64,000 nucleotides of DNA from Yuukianura sp. NJ FZ-2021 (lineage: Eukaryota): NCBI GenBank assembly GCA_046563655.1, contig CM102290.1, positions 14,322,001 to 14,386,000 on the forward strand, in the 5' to 3' direction. The stretch's first letter is position 1; each line of letters begins with the position of its first letter. Position numbers and translations under genes: made by a program. Below the pieces are notes generated by a model. It had not been told where the DNA came from, made no database searches, and saw only the letters and a list, made by a program, of their open reading frames with translations. Of this stretch, positions 25,401-38,189 are shown one piece after another.

Positions 25401-28400
25401 GTGAATGGACTTTGTCCGAAGTGTTTAGAATTTTTGAAAAGTTTAGTAGATTTTGGACTGTGATTTAGTGAGGCATCTGTTTCCAGTCACCAGGTCACAT
25501 TTTGGCACCACAGTTTAGTTGGTAGTTGGCAGTTGACGAATGGGTTATGATGACTAATGGTTTTGGGCCTAGCTTCGAAGTTCCTAAGTTGGTGGTGTAG
25601 TTTTCAAAGTGAGGTGACACTTGATTTGTTGGTGCAACGGAGCATGCGCAGTTAGGAATCAGTTTCTGGTGCAACCGAAACTTAAATGCAGGGATCACTT
25701 TTTGGTGCAACCGAAACTTAACTGCAGAAATCAGTTTCTGGTGCAACTTAAAATTGGGAATTTGAAAATGTTTTAGATAAATGTTTGTAAATATGAAATT
25801 GTTTTGGAAGAATGGGCAAGGACGGAGTTGTTGCTAAAAAAAGCGATTGTTTTTGCATTGAATTAAAAGATTAACGGGATTAGGTTTGTGAAGGTTGGGA
25901 GGAGGCGGATTTTGCAAAAAGTTTTTTTTTGGCAAATGTTGTAAGCTGTAGAGACGATGAAGTGTTTAGTGTTTACCTCATTCCCTCCTTGGATCCCTGT
26001 TCTAGACAAATTCTTGGCCATCCTAAGCTCCCGTTCTAAGTTCTGGAAGAGTTTTTGTGAACTGGTTCAGTTCAAAAGTTCTGTTTGAACAGACTTTGTT
26101 CAGAACAGCTCCTGTGCAGTTTACTTGTGAACTGGCTGCTGCTTGACTGTAAACATTTTTTGGAACTGAATCATTTCGTTTCTTACATTCGCGTCTTTGC
26201 TCAAAAGTTGGCCTACAACGGAGAAAATTTGAAAGTTAGTGCGGAAATGTTAGAAAATTTGAATGTTACTGACGAAATGTTAGAAAATTTGGAAGTTATT
26301 GGGAAAAGTTAGGTTAGTTTTGTGTTTGTTCCGGTTGTGGAAGTGATTCAGTGTAAGTTTCGGAGTAAATTTGGGCGTGACAACCTAATGTCAGAAGATG
26401 CCTAGTCGATGGGATGATTGGAGAGAACGATTAGAGCGGATTTGGACCAGAGTTTGTAAAGTGACTGGTGATGTGGCCATAGTCGTCATTCAGTGTATCG
26501 GTCCAGCTTAGACAAGTTTGAGACAGATCTTAAACAGTTTTTGGTTTACACGAGATTTTGAAAAAGTTCCTCAACAGTAGACGGATTTTGAACAAAGTTT
26601 TTTGGTTAGATTTTGAAAAGGGGTTTTAAAATGAGTTCATCTTCGTCATCTTACTACGCAACACCACGGAGTCGCTCGAGTCGCTTCTCCTTACCGGCTC
26701 CCGCAGCTTGTGCTACTTTTAATCCGGAACGACGCGGTTCTATCGGAAGTTACATTACTTACGGCGGTTATGGGAATTATGACTGGTCAAATCCGTATGG
26801 TAGCGCAGGAAAAAGTTCTGCGTCGAAAAATTCAGGAAACGTGAGTGCTGGAAGTTCAAATAAAGTGTATGCTGCATCTCCTTCTGACACTTCGGCCACC
26901 TATGGATCCCTTCCGAGAAACTACGGAGGGGGCGGAGACAAAGGGTCCCCCTACAAAAATAAGGGCCTCTACCAAGGCACCTCTTCGGCCATGCCCACGA
27001 GCGGAGGATACTTACTGGGCCACTACACAATTTCTCCGGTCACTCCGACTCAGAATCCGACGTTAGCAAAGTACCAAAAGTTGACAGCGGCTGGCTACAG
27101 GCCCTATGCGTCGTATCGTGTCAGTGGAGCTGGGTCAAAGGTCAAGGATGCTGAAACTATTGGTGGTCAGGGGTCAAAGGTCAAGGACGCTGAAAGTGTT
27201 GGTGGTCAGGGGTCAAAGGTCAAGGGGACTGAAAGTTTAGCAGGTCAAGGGCCCAGGGTGAGACACAGGAACAGTGACAGTGGGGTAGTTGCGGTGTCAA
27301 AGGCCAAGGACAGTGAAAGTGGGCGGAGCCAAAGGGTCCCCTCTCCTGATTTACTCCTTCGGACGATTTCTGGGGAAAATGGGAAGCAGAAGCCTCCAAG
27401 GTCGTTTCGTTCCAGTCAAGAGTCGTTGGGGGAGTGTGGGGGTGGGGAGGGGAGGCAAAGAAAGCAATCGCTGAAACAGCGATTGTCTTCAAGTCTGAGT
27501 TCTTTGGTGACGTCTCTGAGTGGGTCGTCGTCTAATTTGGTGGTTTCGGATAGTAGAAGTGTTGGATATGGAGATGAGGGTGAGACGGAGGATGAGGAAG
27601 ATGACTTCCAAGACGAGGTTAGAGCATTTATAAACTTTCCTTGGAAAGTGATGGATTTGTTGTTTTGAACGGCTTTTTTAAAAAGAGAAACGTTTTTAGG
27701 TTTTGAAAAAGATAATTTGTTGAAGGTTTTCGGTTTCTGGGTTTTGACGCTTGGTTTTTAAACGTGTTTTTCTTTGAGTTTTAAATTGAGGCTTTCAACT
27801 GACTTCAGAGTGGTTAAAAGTTCTTTTATGTTTTCATTTGTTTTCATTTATTACATTTGTTTCATTAATTTTTGTTTAATTTTGTTTCAGAGTTCGAGAC
27901 GCGGGAGTGACGATGGAGGAGCGAGCACGGGTCAGGATTCTCCGAAGAGTGAAAACGGAATAGCTGGGAAAGTTAACTACAAGAAGGTAAGGTTAATTAA
28001 GTTTTTTTAATTAACAATTAAAGTTAATGTAATAGTTAACTTTTGGTTTTTGATGTTTTTGGAATAGTTGTATGAAGAGACCCTAAAGGAAAATCAACAA
28101 CTGAAGGGCAAAGTATCAACGCTTGAGGAAGAGGTCAATCAACTCAAGATTTCGCTCGAAAGGATGTCGATTGTAAGTTGTCTAGTTGTCAGTTTAATTT
28201 TGTTACAATTTTTAATGTTAAAGGTTTAGTTTTGATAATTAACTACCTAATTGAAGTTAAGATTGGAGAATTAATGGTTTATTTTAATTTTAAATTGTAG
28301 TCTACTCGACTCGGCGGAGATGCAGTTGATATGCGAGAAAAACGAGCGCTGGAACTGAAGTTTCAAGAGATGGAGGAGGAGTTGAAGGTGAGAATTTTTG

Positions 28401-29215
28401 CTTTTTTAAACGTGGGTGAATAAGTAGTTGAAAAGTAAAAGCAGCGAATGATTTAGTCGAAATGTCGCTGCAGGGATTTGGAAATATTGAAAGGGTTTTA
28501 AAAGCTAACTTAATTTGAAAAATTGATAAACACTTGCTTTTTTTAATTTTGTAAAATCCAAGTTGTTACAAAAGTTAAAACTGGAAGGAGAGAAGTTGAA
28601 AGCTGAGAATCGTGCGTTAACACGCGTTGTATCCAAGTTAAGTGGTGGAGGAGGAGCTAGTAGTAATTCAACTCAGAAACAAAGCCATCATCCACAACCA
28701 ACACAGAAGTAATAGGTGGACAATTAACCCTAAAAAGTACTCGAAATTTAGTCAAGGTAGTTTTTTAAATTGGTTAGTGTGGAAACAGTTTTTAACTTTG
28801 AAGTTTTAACTGACTGAGCATTGCCAGAGTTGAGTTTTTGATGAATGAGAAAAGATAAGATGAGTTTTGATTAACTTTGATGGAAACTGTGCTTGATTTT
28901 AATAATTTTGGTAACAGAATTTTGTGTTGAGTTGAAACAAAAAAAATTTTTTAAGTATTACTGGAATGGAAAACACAAGCAGTTCTGGATTTTGCCGGTT
29001 TTGGAATGTTGAAACAGAAAAACATTGTGTTTGGAATTGGATTTTGGTTTGTAACATTTTTTTGAAAAGTTGTGATTTTTTGGGCTTTTTTTCGCATCAC
29101 TAATCTTGTTTTTTTTTACATTTTGCAGAAGGCCAGAACTCTCCAGTCGGACAATAAAAAACTGAAAGATGAGAACGGGGCACTCATTCGTGTCATCAGT
29201 AAATTGTCCAAGTGA
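16469..29215 (+). CDS. Mbs: Myosin phosphatase targeting subunit (MYPT1/PPP1R12 family; Drosophila Mbs), ~20 coding exons
   Basis: MyPho[10 protein letters not shown]; RVxF motif KRVNF; ankyrin repeats ([51 protein letters not shown]); [32 protein letters not shown] (from 23783); KRRSTGV; C-terminal [18 protein letters not shown] (29129-29215). Confidence 0.95.
25631..25747. repeat. ~36-bp minisatellite, ~3 copies, in an Mbs intron
   Basis: GGTGCAAC recurs at 25631, 25668, 25704 and 25740. Confidence 0.7.
26631..27617 (+). CDS. Large alternative (probably first) coding exon of Mbs, 329 codons, S/G/Y-rich
   Basis: ATG 26631 in AAAATGA context; open to a GT donor at 27618 in phase 0, matching the phase-0 acceptor of the downstream Mbs exon at 27891. 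Confidence 0.7.
28563..28712 (+). CDS. Alternative terminal leucine-zipper exon of Mbs
   Basis: Phase-0 AAG acceptor; [31 protein letters not shown]...TQK*, paralogous to the 29129-29215 exon. Confidence 0.8.
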   Translation: MLQKLKLEGEKLKAENRALTRVVSKLSGGGGASSNSTQKQSHHPQPTQK

Positions 29216-31931
29216 TGTCCACGTCCTGTTAACATCTCAATCTATTCGAATTTGAAACAGCGGTAGCTGTCCTCACAATGCATTGTAACTTATCGTCAGA
29301 TCAGTTGCGACAACTCACGACAAACCAGTTCGGAAAGTAGCCAGCCAATCAGATACAATTCAGCACAAATCATCAGTTGCAATCCCGAAGATGATCATAC
29401 TTCAACATCAGTTTTTCACTTTCGCACCAATTGGGATTTCAAGAATTCAAAATTACATCTACCTAAAGCTTAATTTTTCTTTGCGGGAATCAAGAGGTTA
29501 AAGTCCTCACTAATGCACGAACAAGCTCAAAATTTCAACGTTTTCAAATTTTAGCAACGGTGGGTGGGTATTGATATCCGTTTGCATGCTGCATGTCGTG
29601 AAATTGTTTTTTCCAAAAGTTTTTTTTTTCTCAATAAGCAAGTCCGGCTCATCTTTTTTAGAATGTTTCAAGTAAAGTAACTTTTTCCTTAAAAAAATAT
29701 TCTAAAATGCGGGTAGGTTTTGTGTTTTACGAATTGGGGCTCTTATGGGTTCAACTTTTGAAAATGTTTACTTCAAAAACGAACGTCAATTATCTAAGTC
29801 ACTATATGCTAAAACCCGTTTTTTTGAAAAAGTGAAATTTTTGGCCTCCTCCTCCTAAGAAATACAAAAATTGGAAAATTTCAGTTTTAAAAAATTTTAA
29901 GAGATTTCAAAATCAGAACACCCGATTTGCTAGTCATAATTGTTATCCAATTCCTGGTGATTTCTTTTCCTTGTCCTTCCACATTCACTGATTGACCAAA
30001 ATCTCAACTCGGTGTGAACTTTCAAAATTTTGAAACTTTTTGAAACCTCTTTTTCGAAAAGTTGTCTCCATTTTTTTGAAATTGAAAAAGAAAAAGATCT
30101 GTGGCCTGTCACCTCTGAATCCTCCGCACCATATACTCACTCCATTTCACTTTACTAACAGAAACCTTGCTTTCTTCCCAAAGTGCTTTAAATTAGGGCC
30201 TTGAATCTTTAAATCAAGAAAATAACTTTAACTCTGATTGTTAACCTCAATTAACTTAACTAGGTTAAGCCAGTTAACTTTTCTTAGGTGTTTTTTAACT
30301 AAAGGATTTTTGAAATCGAACATTTTTGTACTCTAGAAAAAGTTTTAGACAGGAATTCAAGAGAGAAAATCAGCAAATTTTTCTTAAACTTTTAGGACAG
30401 CGGAAATTCAAAAAAAAATTCTTCCAGAGTCAAATTATGGGAACAATTTGAGGTTGATGAAAAAGTTACACGCTTTTTTACTTAAAAAATTGACAAATTT
30501 TTCAAAACTTCTGTGCCTTATAACAACGTTCTCCGAAATTGGATGTGAAAAACTAGAAAGTTTAAAAAGACATTGAGAGATTTTTCAGGAATGAGGATAA
30601 AAAGCCGTTTTTTGAACATTTTTAGATTTTCTGACCTTTGACCTCCCTTTTTTAGTATTTTGAACCTTTTACTTTATGTATGACTCATTTTAATATTAGT
30701 AGTTAAACCCGCTCTTTTTCTAGTTTTAAACTCTCATTAAAATTAAGTTTTTTTTAAATTAAAAGTTAAGATGGAAAGAGCCTGAGCCGAAATGAGATCT
30801 GTTAACATAAATACGTACATTTTGTATAATGCGTATGCGCAGAGAACAACAAAATTTGAGAGGGGTAATACTGGACTTTGAGATTTTTTCGATTCGAAAA
30901 ATGCGAATGCTAGAATCTCAGAGTTAAGAAATAAACAATAAAAGTGGCGATTAAAGAATTTTTTGCAGTGGCGGTTTGAAGAAGAAATCAAATCTGAGAA
31001 TCTCGGCTCGTCCGCAGTCTTTCAGTTGTACTCGGCGAAGCTACGATTATACTGCGCAGGATTTTTGCTGATTTGCAAAGGTCTTGACATGAGTATTGGT
31101 TTTATGGTTTTACTTTACTTTTTTGGAAAAGTTAAAAAAACTTTTTTGAAAAGTTACGATTTTTTGAATGACAAATGGAACCGTTGGAGGCTAAATTTAT
31201 CAGAGGGAAATGTTAAAGTCAGAATTAGAAGTTAAGTGATTTAGGATTATCGTTTTTTGAAGACTTTGACTTTGACTTTTGGAAAAGGTCAAGGTCACCT
31301 CCCTACTAACCCCTTGTACAGATATATGTGGTCCAACATGACCTTGCCACTCCTACCATAACTTAATTTTATCCTCGTCCTCACCATTTACTTAAATCGA
31401 ATACTTAATTAAGACTTAGAAATATTAAAAAGTTAATTAAACTTTGTAAAATTATACCAGAAATTATACTATACACGAACAGCCTTGTGTTAACCCAAGT
31501 GAAGTCGTATTTTACTCAAAATATCCTATTTTTTGTGTCCCTCATAGTTTAAACTTAAGTTAAGGTTTTGAATTTGGAAAAATGGAAAACTAGCCAAGAA
31601 TTGGAATTGGGAAGTGATGGTGAGTAGAAAAACGAAGTGGTCTCTGTGGGGCCTGGAAAGTGGTTGAAGCCAATGTCACTAGTTATGTGTTAAATAATTA
31701 CAATAACTCTCTGTTGTTTTACAATTGTGAGACTGCTGAAAGCGTAAGCTAAATAAAAGCTAAGGAACGGACTTTCACTTTTCTGAGCTGCGTTTTGTGT
31801 GTTTTTTTTCGAAAATTAGTCTAAACGTTATTGTTCGGTTCTGAAAATTTGAAATTCGAAAAGTTGTTCGTGTCATTCGGTATTTAAGTGCGAAGGTAGT
31901 TTAGTATTTAGCTCTCTACCACATTCATTCC

Positions 31932-32915
31932 GGAGATACGAATTTTTAAAGTTTTTGAAAGTTAACATAAAACTTTGAAAATTTATATCTCATGAACGGA
32001 AAGCGATAGAGACCCAATCTCTTCGCGAGAAACTTTCAAAAAATATGAAGAATTTTTAGAAATTCTGAAAACTCCAAAATCGAACATCAAGTTTTTCGTC
32101 AAATTTTGAAAAAAACCATGGACTATATATAGTCCATGGATTTTTTCGAAATTTGGTCAAAATCTGAGGGTACCTTTTTATATTTTCTAAAAATACTACA
32201 TATTTTTGTGAATTCAGGGGCGAAGAGTTTACCTCTCTATCACTTTCCGTTCCCGAGATATGAATTTTCAAAGTTTTTGAAAATTAAAATGTAACTTTGA
32301 AAATTTATATCTCGGCAACGGAAAGCGTTAGAGACCTAATCTCTTCGCGAAAAAGTTTCAAAAAATATGAAGAATATTTAGGAATGTTAAAAACTCCAAA
32401 AGCGAACATCAACTTTTTCGTCAAATTTTGAAAAAAAACCATGGACTATTATAGTCCATGGATTTTTTCGAAATTTGGTCAAAATCTGAGGGTACCTTTT
32501 TATAATTTCTAAAAATACTCCATATTTTTGTGAATTCATGAGCGAAGAGTTTACCTTTCTAACGCTTTCCGTTCCCGAGTTATGAATTTTGAAAGTTTTT
32601 GAAAATTAAAATGAAATTTTGAAAATGTATATCTCGTGAACGGAAAGCGATAGAGACCTAATCTCTTCGCGAGAAACTTTCAATAAATGTGAAGAATTTT
32701 TAGAAATTCTTAAATCTCCAAAATCGAACATTAAGTTTTTCGTCAAATTTTGAAAAAAACCATGGACTATAGTCCATGGATTTTTTCGAAATTTGGTCAA
32801 AATCTGAGGGTGCCTTTTTATTATTTCTAAAAATACTACATATTTTTGTGAATTCATGAGCGAAGAGTTTACCTCTCTATCACTTTCCGTTCGCGAGATA
32901 TGAATTTTCAAAGTT
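31932..32915. repeat. ~322-bp internally palindromic tandem repeat, 3 copies
   Basis: CCATGGACTAT..ATAGTCCATGG centres start at 32116, 32439 and 32760. A second symmetry centre, GAGATATGAATTTTCAAAG...CTTTGAAAATTTATATCTC, lies between them. Confidence 0.9.
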
Positions 32916-33560
32916 TTTTTTAAATTTTGAAATAACTTTGAATGGATGAAAAAGTAGAGGGATTAATTCATTCAAAACTCTTTACTTTTCTTGAAAACTT
33001 TTTCACTATACATATACAAACACAAGCACCTTTTTTTCGTTTTTTCTTAATTTTTTAAGATTTCAACTTTATTGCAATTTTTGTTGCTTGTGCTCCCGGA
33101 GCACGTTGCAAATATTAATTTCTCGTAACTTAACTCGTTCGTTTTTTTTTACAGAAATATTTTATTTATATTTTGTCGAGATATCACATTCACAATGACT
33201 TTTGTTTTTGCAAAAGTTGTTTACATTATTAATTTGTTTATGCTAATTAGATAATCAACTTAACTAAAACTTAATTAACTTTAAATTTTCAGATTCATGT
33301 GGAACTTTGTGTTTTTGTAAGCAAATCCTACAACGTACTCAAACTCTACTGTGCTAAATGAAGCGTTTGCATTTCACTTGCTCTCAAAGCGTTTGATTTT
33401 GATCGTAGTTGTCAAGTGTCTAATAAATTCTAAGTATTCAGCACTTATTCGTGTTTGAGAGTTGATATTTGCTCGTCAAAGCGACGTCGTTAGTAGCGGA
33501 CACTTTTGGTACTTGAAAAATACTGGACATTCGGAGGGATGCTGCTCTTCAGATTCTTGG

Positions 33561-36500
33561 TCAAAAGTCTGTGTCAACTTGAATGTGGATCTGAAAGAAA
33601 ATTATTTCGTGTCAACAATGTCATGGAACATTTTTTTTAAAACAAAACTGTCTTTTTAACTTTCAAAACCGCGTTGTGAAACTGACCTCACTAAGAATTA
33701 GCCAGTTTTCACTGGGACTCTTGAATGTAAGTCTTAGGAAGCGAATCGGTTGCAGCGAGTCTGGTATCGTTCCTTCCAGAACTCCTAGCTCATCGAATTC
33801 ATCTGAAATGAAACACAAGACAGTTATGTAACTACGTTCGTCTGTAATTATTAATTGTAATCACTGTAATTAATTCTAATTACTTAATTCCACGACTTTT
33901 CTTTCAGATGGGACCGTATTTGTAGACGGTAAGGCCGGCATTACTTCTAGAGTGCAATTGTACAGTTTGTCTGACGGATGCTCAGCGTTCCCACTGACTA
34001 GACGATATCTACAAAAACAATAATAATAGTTAGTAAAATGGTTTATGGTGAAAGGTCAAAGGTCAACTTACTTGGAAATGTGTATGGGTGGGTCATAGGT
34101 GAACTGGATCATGTCCTTGGCTTTGGCAGACAGCCCCCAAAAGTAATTCTTCCCCTCGTAGGCTTGAACCAACGAAAATTTACCGTAATGTTGAATAGTA
34201 CTTTCTATTTTGGCAGCACGCGGATTGTAGTGTGGTACGAAAAGCTCAAGTTTTCCATACTGACGATCCTAAAACACCAAACAAACTTAAATTAGTTACA
34301 ATTTAACTAAAATTTATATAGATCTTCTGTTTTGTGTACATTCTTGACACCTACTTTCAACTTTTGAACTTTTCCGTTTAGAGACGACACCATTCCGATG
34401 TGTTGAAACAGCGACGGTTTGTAATGAATCCAATGCTTCTTCAATTCAGTTAAGCACTTTTTCTAAAATAAAAAAATAAAACTCATTTCAAAATTGTGTT
34501 AAAAACGATTTTTTCCAAAATTAACTTACATGACTCTGATCCAATTTACAGTACTTGACACTAAAGAAGTGGGAGAGTAGCCAGTCTCCTGGTTTATCCT
34601 TATAAAACAGTAAGAAAAATTCCGCCAGTCGCCACAAATCGGAACTCCGAAATAGTTTTCCTGAAATATTACAAAGTTTTTGAAGTAAATTGAAATTTTG
34701 AAAACCAACGTTTCTCCAAATTTTGAAAACTGACCTATGAAACCCAACTGACAAAAATCAAGCATGAACCAATCTTCTTTCTCCATCGTTTTCTCATGTG
34801 CAAACGACTTCATCGCTTGAACAAACCCCTTCTTTCCTAGCACATCATCTTCCAGTTGAACATAGTAAGTTCCACGATGCTGAGCTGCAATTTTTAAAAC
34901 AACATTTCAAAACTGCAAAAACTTAAAACTTTTTCACTAGCATGCTTGCTGGGACATCGCCCAGGCCTTAACAATCGTCCTAATTTTTTAGCCTAACCAT
35001 GACTTTTTTTTTCAAAAGTCCTTCTGTAGAAAGTTAGAAGGGGTGACAGTGTTTCATAAAAACAAAATTTTGGAATTTTTAAATTTCCCATAAAATAGGA
35101 AAATACACTTGAGTGAATTTGTTAGCCTAATCGTGACTTATTTCCAAAAATCCTTCTGTAGAAAGTTAGAAGGTGTGATGGTGTTTCATAAAAATCAGCA
35201 TATTTTGGAATTTTTAAATTTATCATAACTGAGGAAAATACACTTTAGTGAATTTGTTTACCTAATCCTGACTTTTTCCAAAAGTCCTTCTGTAGAAAGT
35301 TAGAAGGTGTGATGGTGTTTTTAAAAATCAATATTTTGGAATTTTTTAAATTTCCATAAAAAGGAAAATGCACTTTCGTGAATTTGTTTACCTAATCCTG
35401 ACTTTTTCCAAAAGTCCTTCTGTAGAAAGTTAGAAGGTGTGATGGTGTTTTTAAAAATCAATATTTTGGAATTTTTTAAATTTCCATAAAAAAGGAAAAT
35501 GCACTTTAGTGAATTTGTTTACCTAATCCTGACTTTTCCCGAAAGTCCCTCTGTGGAAAGTTAGAAGGTGTGATGGTGTTTTTAAAAATCAATATTTTGG
35601 AATTTTTTAAATTTCCATAAAAAAGGAAAATACACTTTAGTGAATTTGTTTACCTAATTCTGACTTTTTTCAAAAGTCCTTCTGTAGAAAGTTAGAAGGT
35701 GTGATGGTGTTTTTTAAAAATCAATATTTTGGAATTTTTCAATTTCCCCAAACCGAGGAAAATACATATATCTTTAGTTTTTGTAGTTACCGTAAAGCAT
35801 CATATAAGCGTAGTCCAGGTTCTGCTTGGCTCTCCATCTTGTCCTTTCGTCTGAGTCACCCAAAGTCCCTTTGATAGACTTGAGGTCCGGATAAAAATTT
35901 GGAGAAGGAGAGACAATTTCCAGCAGTCCCGTGTCCAAATCTGCTTGAAATCTTTAAATAGAAACAAAACAAAAAATCAAAATTTTGAAAACAGAGTTTG
36001 CATGAAAAATAAAGTAGGCTCACTTTTTACTAATAAGATGCACTGTGTTCTGAACAAAGGCAATGTCCGACTCTGCAATGAACACAATGACCAGCGTATC
36101 GTTCTTCTCCTTCGGCCGCATTCCTTCCAGTAAGCTCTGGAGTGTTGTCATCAGGTAACTCTGCGTAGGACGTTTTACTGTTGGAATCCCCATCACAATA
36201 GACACTACAAAAGTTAAAAGTCAAAGTTACTACATATTTTCAGAACATTCTCCAAAATTTTGAAATTTAAAATTTTTAGTTATACCTCCCATGCGATCCT
36301 TTGAAATTTTGAGAGCCGGAATGAGTCCATCTTCAGAGTCCATCAAATGAGGTAGACTGTAGTAGATGTTGCTGGTTTTGAGACGATTGGAGTTCATGAG
36401 TCCAGAACTCATTTGTGACAGTGCGTTTGTCGTTGTCGGTGTGACCATCTGATGTTCCACTTTGTCCATGGCACTTCCATTCCCACTACTGGAAATGTCG

Positions 36501-37048
36501 GAGGTCAATTGCAATTGACGTATAGGGAAATTAAGTATGTCTTTGGCATTGATTAGCTCTGCTCGATACGACTGAACGATTGCTTCATACTCGCTAATAT
36601 GCGTCTCCAGGGTTGCCAACAAACCCAAGATTCTTGTCTCGGGATCCACTTCATCTGAAATACAAACCAAATCAAAATCAAACAACCGAACAATATTCAT
36701 TTTTAATAAATTTTCTTAAAATTTCCATTTTTGTGTTTGTCCATTTATCGATCGGTTGACGAAGATTGGAACTGAGAATTGTTAAAATTCTGGTAAAAAA
36801 AATCGAAATGTCCGTTGAATTATTTATGAAAACGTTTCCTGCTTTTTGAATAATTCCTTCTTACTTCTTTACACTGTCAAATTATGTTAAAAAATTATGG
36901 TTTTCAATATTTCAAAATTTTGAATTTTGAAACCTTGAATCCTGTTGCGTGTATTACCTCCTTCACTTCCGCTCCGCAGAACAAAATGGATTCCAAAGAT
37001 GAGGAAAATGGTCACAAGGATGAGACCAATTCGATGAGAAAATTGCAT
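33561..37048 (-). CDS. MGAT4: Alpha-1,3-mannosyl-glycoprotein 4-beta-N-acetylglucosaminyltransferase (GnT-IV, GT54), ~11 coding exons
   Basis: Signal anchor [57 protein letters not shown]...[51 protein letters not shown]. Confidence 0.93.
34990..35765. repeat. ~131-bp tandem repeat, 6 copies, filling an MGAT4 intron
   Basis: CCTTCTGTAGAAAGTTAGAAGG recurs at 35020, 35152, 35286, 35416, ~35547 and 35678. Confidence 0.93.
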
Positions 37049-38189
37049 TTTGAAGTGACCTTTGCCCTGCCGTTGGAGTCGCTACAAAGTTGACTGATAC
37101 TGGAGACTTCATCTGAACTGGGAATAAACTGGGGGTTGGCACGCCGCTTGTTCAAGCTGCTCCCCACAGTAGTACTGCCAAGTATTTCCAACTACTGGTT
37201 CCCCTGTGTACAGTTTCCTCACACCTCCAGACTCAAGTTCCTCACCTGTCCAACAGAATTAATTAAACTGTTAATGACAGCCATAAAATTTAACAAATGG
37301 GTGATCGGACAGTCATGGACGGACTCCAGCGAACCGCTAAATCTAATTTGGACGCGACGTTAAGATCAGTTCGTCCTTGAACTATCTTAATAAAAGTTAT
37401 GTTCATACCTGAGGTTCGCTAAAGTTCCGTCCAAGATAGTCCAACACTCTTCTAACAGGTAGTTAACGGTTTAATTATTTCACACTTGGGTGATTAATGG
37501 TAATAGACTATTTAGATTCACTCTTGAGTAGACACTATAACCTGCAAATTCTAACTCAGAATGAGTAAGCTACAACTAAACTTTTTCTTTTGTACGAAGC
37601 TCAAAGCGTCCAAGTCTTTGGAAAATTTTGGAACTTTTTTGATCAAGGGGAACAAAAATCAATTCAGCTAATTAATGGTTTCGCATTGATTGGACAGCCA
37701 AAAAAACGAAACATGAACGACATTTGACAATCGTAACAGCATTTTTACCAAACATATCAAAAAAAAATTACACAATACTCGAAACATTAACTTTTCCAAG
37801 ATTTCACTCAAATTTCTTACGAAAAGTAAAAAAAATGGGTTTTCACAGAAAAATATGGTGAAACGTTGTCAAATTTTCTACTTGAAATGTTCAAAGAAAG
37901 CGACAGAGAAAGCTTTCAGAAAATCTACCACTTGAACACAGATTCGTGTGGAACCACAGAAGTTGTAAACACGTACTATGTAAATTGTTAAATTTTAGTG
38001 CCCCACACCCACCTGGAATTGTTATTACTTTGACCTCCACGACGAGGTCACTGTGTTTTAAGCTTAGCCTATTGGCCCAAAGACTATGAAATAGCTGTTA
38101 CTCCTTGTGCTGTCGTTACGAAACTGTTACTGGAGGATGTTGAAATGCTGCACGAGAAAGACGTGCGTGCTGAGAAACCTAGTCAAGGA

